Of a stretch of DNA of 63,879 nucleotides, positions 58,969 through 63,879 are shown one piece after another. The notes below the pieces were generated by a model that saw nothing but the letters and a program-made list of their open reading frames with translations, did no database searches and had not been told where the DNA came from. Both the position numbers and the translations under genes were made by a program. Source of the DNA: an uncultured Bacilli bacterium (lineage in GTDB: Bacteria > Bacillota_I > Bacilli_A > RFN20 > CAG-826); the NCBI GenBank assembly GCA_905235515.1, contig CAJOLV010000009.1, positions 1 through 63,879 of the forward strand. The letters are read 5' to 3'. How positions within the stretch are numbered: the first letter of the stretch is position 1; every line of letters begins with the position of its first letter.

Positions 58969-59958
58969 TTATATATCTTTATTAATATTTAATACTCTTT
59001 CAGCGTTTTTATATGCAATTAATTCTTTTTCTTCATCACTCAATGAACTATCCATTAAAAATTCATATGGATTTTTTGGATTGACGTAAGGGTAGTCAAT
59101 GGAATAAATCACATGATCTGCACCCATTAATTTAACGACATATTCAAGTTGATCTTTTGAAATGATTCCGCTTGGAGTTATATAAACATTTTCTTTAAAA
59201 TATTCACTAATATTTTTCTTTAATTTTGTGATGTTCTTATCAAGCATAAAATCTAATCTATCTAAAAAGCAAGGAATGGTTTCGCCCCAATGGCCGATAA
59301 TAATCTTTAATTTTGGGAATTTGTCAAAAATTCCAGATAAAATCAATCTCAAAACTTGAATTCCAACTTCTGAATGCCATCCATAACCAACTGATGATAA
59401 TTCAAAAGCAACATCTTCTGAATATGCATCTGAATCATAATAAGCCTTTTTAACTTCACTAGGAATGAAAGCCGGGTGAATGTAAAGAGGCACATTTAAC
59501 TCTTCAGCTTTTGCAAAAATAGGTAAAAATTCTTTTTCATTTAGCAAACGGCCTTTATATCTTCCAGCCAATAAAGCTCCACAAAATCCTAATTCCTTCA
59601 CACATCTTTCAAGTTCTAAGCTTGCACTCACAGGATCACACATTGGAAGAGTAGCAAAACCTAAAAATCTTCCGGGATATTGATTAATGTGTTCTTTTGT
59701 GATGTTATTAGCTAATTTGCATGCTTCAATTGCTTCTTTAGGTAAAACGTTATCTCCAATTGGCGATGTCATTGATAGGACCTGAATGTCTATATGATTC
59801 TCATCCATATATTTAATTCGCTTTTCAAAATTGGTTAGATCTTCAAAAATTCCAGTCACATGAGGAGTTTTTAAAGGAACATTGCGGTCTGAATATTTTC
59901 TATTTATTTCCATTATTCTAATATCTGCATAATGTTCTTCCAAAGTAATTAGTTTCAT
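58969..59958 (-). CDS. Amidohydrolase_2-family protein (non-oxidative aromatic decarboxylase/ACMSD-like)
   Basis: ITLEEH, PLYIHP, IGHWGE and YSIDYPY motifs. Confidence 0.9.
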   Translation of the reverse strand: MKLITLEEHYADIRIMEINRKYSDRNVPLKTPHVTGIFEDLTNFEKRIKYMDENHIDIQVLSMTSPIGDNVLPKEAIEACKLANNITKEHINQYPGRFLGFATLPMCDPVSASLELERCVKELGFCGALLAGRYKGRLLNEKEFLPIFAKAEELNVPLYIHPAFIPSEVKKAYYDSDAYSEDVAFELSSVGYGWHSEVGIQVLRLILSGIFDKFPKLKIIIGHWGETIPCFLDRLDFMLDKNITKLKKNISEYFKENVYITPSGIISKDQLEYVVKLMGADHVIYSIDYPYVNPKNPYEFLMDSSLSDEEKELIAYKNAERVLNINKDI

Positions 59959-59973
59959 GATAGTTATTCTCCT

Positions 59974-60780
59974 TTACTTTATTTTGTTTATGGTCTTTAT
60001 TTTTTTGACTCCCCTTTGATATTGATATTTTGGGTATCCAAAGCCCACCACATTTATAATTTTATGATTTTCAGGAATTCTTAAAAATTTCAATATCTCT
60101 TTATTGCTTGAAAGCAATTCAGCGCTATAAGTTGAAATAATGGTTCCGAATCCATAGGCATTAGCAAGCAATTCAAAATAAGCTGTTGCAATATTTATTT
60201 CTGTCATCGCCCCATCATAGAATCTCTCAGATAATGCTTTATGTGCGATGAATAAATGAGGGGCATCATAAACTCTTAACTCGCTAAAATCATCATTTTC
60301 ATCATCGAATAACGAAAGTTGATTGCCTTTATATAATTGATAAATGTGTCTCATCGCCTCTTTTGTGTATACCACTGTAAATTCTAAACCCTGATTATTT
60401 CCGCCGGTTGGCACATGGCTTACCGCTTCTAACATTTCATCAATTATATCTTCGGCTATTTCTTCTTTTTTAAAATCGCGACAAGAACGTCTAAATTTCA
60501 TTAATTTTGGTAGATCTTCTTTTATCGATTTTGAAGGCTTTTTTGAGACCTCATCTGCATTAATCCCTAAAATCGATATTGCTCCATTTGGGCATATCGC
60601 CAAACAATGTTCGCACTTCCAACACCCTTTCCACGAAAAATTGTATTCATTGACGAATTTAGGATGTCCGTTTTCCATCAAGAGCACGTTTCCCCCAACC
60701 ATATTCCCAGGGCATACTTTTACGCATATTCCACAACCAATACACTTTGTTAAATCTACTTTAAAATTCGCAGTTTTCAG
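59974..60780 (-). CDS. Nitroreductase with N-terminal 2x[4Fe-4S] ferredoxin domain
   Basis: CIGCGICVKVCP, CWKCEHCLAICP, RRSCRDF and PTGGNNQ motifs; probable CTG start at 60780 behind SD AGGAGG. Confidence 0.88.
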   Translation of the reverse strand: MKTANFKVDLTKCIGCGICVKVCPGNMVGGNVLLMENGHPKFVNEYNFSWKGCWKCEHCLAICPNGAISILGINADEVSKKPSKSIKEDLPKLMKFRRSCRDFKKEEIAEDIIDEMLEAVSHVPTGGNNQGLEFTVVYTKEAMRHIYQLYKGNQLSLFDDENDDFSELRVYDAPHLFIAHKALSERFYDGAMTEINIATAYFELLANAYGFGTIISTYSAELLSSNKEILKFLRIPENHKIINVVGFGYPKYQYQRGVKKIKTINKIK

Positions 60781-60793
60781 AATTTTTCCCTCC

Positions 60794-61732
60794 TTATAAA
60801 ATATATAATCCAATTCTAAAAGTAACATTAGGATGATGATTATTTCCAGGTAATGGATCTCTTAATGCCGCTGGATACCTACTTCCGAGGCACTCTCCTC
60901 CCATAAGATTATATCCACCACCACGCATAACATAATTAGAGCCATTTCTTTCTCTTGTCCATTCCCAGTTATTGCCCGCTAAATCATAAATATTATTTGC
61001 TTTAGTTTCTTCAAATACACCTGTGTAATTTCCTTTGGCATTTACTGAGAATGTGTCGTTTGAATAATTGCCCCAGCTAGTACTATCTCTTGATACTTCA
61101 TTTCTTGTTTTAGCATTGGAATCAATTAACCACTGTAATGTAGTATCATAATTGATTCCCCATGGGAAGAATCCCTGCACAGAATCATTATCGGAATATA
61201 AAGATTCACAAACTCCTACTGTATCTTGTGGTGAAAATCGTACCCAAATATTACCTGGGTTATCACTTGAGACTTTTACACTTAATGGTTTATTGTTTGT
61301 GCCTTTGCTTGCTTCATATCTCCCGATATAAAAGCCGCCATAAGTTTTTATGCTTTTAACCATTTGTTTATATGAATCTAAATCTACTTCATCATAATAA
61401 TTAGTAAATTTGTCACCACTAGAAAAATAACTGCCGAAATCCTGTGCTTTAAATTTAGTTTTAATAGTTGGAACCCAAACATATTCGCTATTATCAGGTG
61501 CAATTACCACTAGACCTGTATTTATTGTTTGCTCATTAATATTATTTGAAACTACAAAATTAAATGGAACATATGCAATATCACCATTTTTATCTTCATA
61601 TTTAGTCGCTTTAGTATTTTCTATATCTATACCAGTTAAATCAAAATTGCTGGAATTAGAATTAGCGTTGCTACAAGATGAAACAATAAAAATGAGTAAT
61701 ATAGATGCTGCTATTGTTAAAAATCTTTTCAT
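60794..61732 (-). CDS. Lipoprotein with FGE-sulfatase/C-type-lectin-fold domain
   Basis: Lipobox VSSC; GGFYIGRYEA, NNIYDLAGNNWEWT, RGG and FRIGLY motifs. Confidence 0.8.
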   Translation of the reverse strand: MKRFLTIAASILLIFIVSSCSNANSNSSNFDLTGIDIENTKATKYEDKNGDIAYVPFNFVVSNNINEQTINTGLVVIAPDNSEYVWVPTIKTKFKAQDFGSYFSSGDKFTNYYDEVDLDSYKQMVKSIKTYGGFYIGRYEASKGTNNKPLSVKVSSDNPGNIWVRFSPQDTVGVCESLYSDNDSVQGFFPWGINYDTTLQWLIDSNAKTRNEVSRDSTSWGNYSNDTFSVNAKGNYTGVFEETKANNIYDLAGNNWEWTRERNGSNYVMRGGGYNLMGGECLGSRYPAALRDPLPGNNHHPNVTFRIGLYIL

Positions 61733-62595
61733 TTCTTTTTCCATTCCTTTACAAATTTGTCAGTAAAGTCCCATAGTTCCTTTTGATTTTTAATTTCATA
61801 TGATAATGGTGATGATTCTTTATAATTAATACTTCTATCAAAATATTTAGCTTTTACATTTAAAGAATCATCTAACATAAGCGATGCAAGAGCGCTGGAT
61901 GATTTATCCAAATCTCCAAATCTATCTGGCATCATTGTCTTTACAAAGATTATTCTTGATTTAGGCATAGGGCCACCAGCAAAATTCGTTTGCATCATGC
62001 CTGGATTAAATGAATTAACTAATGTGTCTTTATTCTCTTGATCCAATCTTTCTTGAAGTTCATTTGTAAAATAAATATTTGATAATTTAGAATATGGATA
62101 AGCTGTCCTATCATTATTTTCAGAATAAAAAATATCTTCTACATTTGTCCACTTTAAACCTTGAGGTGGATTATGCATGTCGCTTGTAATATTGAATATC
62201 TTTTTAATGTTGTATTTTTTGAGCAAAAGATTGGTTAAGTACCAATGACCTAAATAGTTAGTAGCCATAACAATCTCAACTCCATCAACTGATTTTCCTT
62301 GATGCATTCCAGATATCCCAGCGTTATTTATAAGGCCATATAAAGAATCGTTTGTTTTTTCAAATTCAGACACGAATTCTTCTATTGATTTAAGCGATGA
62401 TGTATCTAATTTTATGTATTCAATATTTGGATTTTGGGTTTCTTTAAAAATTTGTTGTTTTGCTGATTCTGCTTTTTCTAAATTACGGCAAGCTAAAATA
62501 ATTCGATATTCTTTATTTAAAGCTATTTTTTTAGCGGTTTCAAAGCCTAATCCTGAATTAGCTCCTGTTATAATTACATTTTTTAATTCACTCAT
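61729..62595 (-). CDS. Short-chain dehydrogenase/reductase (retinol dehydrogenase-like)
   Basis: TGANSGLG, NNAG, NYLGH and YPYSK motifs. Confidence 0.92.
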   Translation of the reverse strand: MSELKNVIITGANSGLGFETAKKIALNKEYRIILACRNLEKAESAKQQIFKETQNPNIEYIKLDTSSLKSIEEFVSEFEKTNDSLYGLINNAGISGMHQGKSVDGVEIVMATNYLGHWYLTNLLLKKYNIKKIFNITSDMHNPPQGLKWTNVEDIFYSENNDRTAYPYSKLSNIYFTNELQERLDQENKDTLVNSFNPGMMQTNFAGGPMPKSRIIFVKTMMPDRFGDLDKSSSALASLMLDDSLNVKAKYFDRSINYKESSPLSYEIKNQKELWDFTDKFVKEWKKK

Positions 62596-62599
62596 ATAA

Positions 62600-63016
62600 T
62601 CACGCTCCTATCAATTTATTAAGAAGGCTAATCATTTCTTCTTTTTCTTTTGAATTTAAATTCTTTGATAACTCGTTTTCAATATCATCACCAACCTTGT
62701 TTAATTCCTTTTCTAATGATAAAGCTGTTTTGGTTGGTGTGATTAGTTTTCCTCTTGCATCATTGGGATTAGCTATTCTTTCAACTAAACCTTTCTTTTC
62801 TAAATAATCTATGTGTCCTATTGTTGTTGGATGAGTCATAGATAAAAATTCTTCTATATCTGTAACTCTTGCACTATGATTATTTTTTGCATATAAAAAC
62901 TTTAATATTTTATATTGTGTTGCGCTTATCTCATAAGGCTCTAAAATCTTATTTGAAATCTTATCAAATTTAAGTGATGCTTTTTTAATCAAAATAGCTA
63001 TTTTATTTATTTCCAT
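62600..63016 (-). CDS. MarR-family transcriptional regulator
   Basis: LEKKGLVER..NPNDARGK winged-helix motif. Confidence 0.92.
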   Translation of the reverse strand: MEINKIAILIKKASLKFDKISNKILEPYEISATQYKILKFLYAKNNHSARVTDIEEFLSMTHPTTIGHIDYLEKKGLVERIANPNDARGKLITPTKTALSLEKELNKVGDDIENELSKNLNSKEKEEMISLLNKLIGA

Positions 63017-63032
63017 AAATTAATTCTCTTTC

Positions 63033-63078
63033 GTAGTTTCCTACAAATATTATATAGTAGGTTCCTACCAAATGTCAA
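63033..63078 (-). promoter_or_regulatory. marR promoter with two palindromic operators
   Basis: Minus strand TTGACA-N18-TATAAT; GTAGTTTCCTAC (63033-63044) and GTAGGTTCCTAC (63057-63068). Confidence 0.8.
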
Positions 63079-63127
63079 TTGATTTGCTTTCTTTTATAAG
63101 AAAAGAAAAATTCCCCCACCAATAGAT

Positions 63128-63562
63128 ATATCCATAACCATCAGTTTCTAATTAACGTAATCTCGTTAGATATGAAACATCGAGTGTTATTCAACTAATC
63201 AACGTTTGGATATTAAAAACTGTGGCTTGAAACTCCTTAAAACAGTCAAGGCTGTACAAATATAGGAACAAGTTCACAGTGTAAATTAATTATACCAGGA
63301 GAAAGAAATGTTATCTAATCAAAGACCGGGTACGATTAGATAATACGAATTAATATATGGAATTATTTATAGACGAAACTCAAATGCGATTATGACAAGG
63401 TCAGGTCGCCATCGCTACAATGAACTGTAATCACCCGATTTCGATTACAGGAAGCTTTATTTGAGGGCCTTCGCGGAAAGCAAGGAGGACATCCAGGATA
63501 ACGGCATATATTGATTATGCTAGTTAGACATAAAAGAAAATCTAACCAAAAATGGTTAGATT
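63128..63562 (+). ncRNA. Two adjacent structured non-coding units resembling IS110-family non-coding ends (bridge RNA-like), no transposase present
   Basis: Multiple nested stems with large internal loops (see findings). The resemblance to IS110 non-coding regions is from recall and is unverified. Confidence 0.45.
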
Positions 63563-63641
63563 ACATTATTTGTTAAACGATGACTTAATTATACAATTTT
63601 CTTAAGAAACAACGTTATCTTGCTTATTTTAAAGTAGAATT

Positions 63642-63879
63642 TTATAACTGAATACAGTCCAGTGCAAGCATGATCACAAATCCTAAAATGAATGACCAGA
63701 CACCAAAGTGATCGTGACCTTCGCTTGTCATTTCTGGAATCATTTCTTCCGCAACTACGTAGATCATGCATCCACCCGCAAAGGCTAAAGCCCAAGGCAT
63801 AATTCCTTGGATTTGCATAGCAAGGAATAAACCAATGACTGCGGCAACTGGTTCAACTGCACCACTTAACATACCAAAG
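63642..63879 (-). CDS. ZIP-family (ZupT-like) metal transporter, 3' end (partial, runs off the right edge)
   Basis: SGAVEP, LAFAGGCMIYVVAEEMIPE and GFVIMLALD motifs. Confidence 0.9.
   Translation of the reverse strand, partial: FGMLSGAVEPVAAVIGLFLAMQIQGIMPWALAFAGGCMIYVVAEEMIPEMTSEGHDHFGVWSFILGFVIMLALDCIQL

Noticed and set aside
60794-61732. CLec/FGE-fold protein as a diversity-generating retroelement target
   Set aside because: No reverse transcriptase and no template-repeat copy of the 3' region is visible in the window.
63360-63480. Hammerhead or other self-cleaving ribozyme
   Set aside because: GAAAC is present but the CUGAUGA core is not in a compatible position.
123-63795. The many short antisense or overlapping ORFs in the ORF track (e.g. 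123-461, 10311-10700, 15706-16236, 52928-53332, 63589-63795)
   Set aside because: They are shadows of well-supported genes on the opposite strand or frame, with no motifs or ribosome-binding sites.
1-63879. CRISPR array, rRNA or tRNA genes, intact transposase or prophage
   Set aside because: No regularly spaced repeats, recognisable rRNA/tRNA sequence, transposase or phage structural genes were found by eye.

Overview
Low-GC, genetic-code-11 bacterial chromosome segment. Gene content and the membrane-anchored surface proteins without LPXTG motifs suggest a gut or rumen Bacilli lineage such as RF39/RFN20/Erysipelotrichales-like (inference only). In order: a truncated RhuM fragment; a lipoprotein serpin; two divergent paralogous carbohydrate-binding surface-protein genes separated by a 16-bp inverted repeat and followed by an Mpi-like serine invertase; htpG with a CIRCE element; an aromatic amino acid-type ABC transporter with an unannotated Tyr-rich leader-peptide attenuator; gpmA; a ~21-kb fructan utilisation locus (three GH32 enzymes, stand-alone CBM38-like binding proteins, ABC transporter, LacI, fructokinase); a GH2 beta-galactosidase; hpt and prs; an 11-gene lipid scavenging/modification operon; feoAAB with a DtxR regulator and boxes; two lipoproteins; a MarR-controlled redox operon; a structured non-coding region resembling transposase-less IS110 non-coding (bridge RNA-like) ends; and the 3' end of a ZIP transporter. 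The strongest candidates for undescribed systems are the invertase/inverted-repeat surface-protein switch, the split CFTase-like fructan capture system, the Tyr leader attenuator, the lipid operon and the orphan structured RNAs. All family calls come from motifs recognised by eye; no searches were run.
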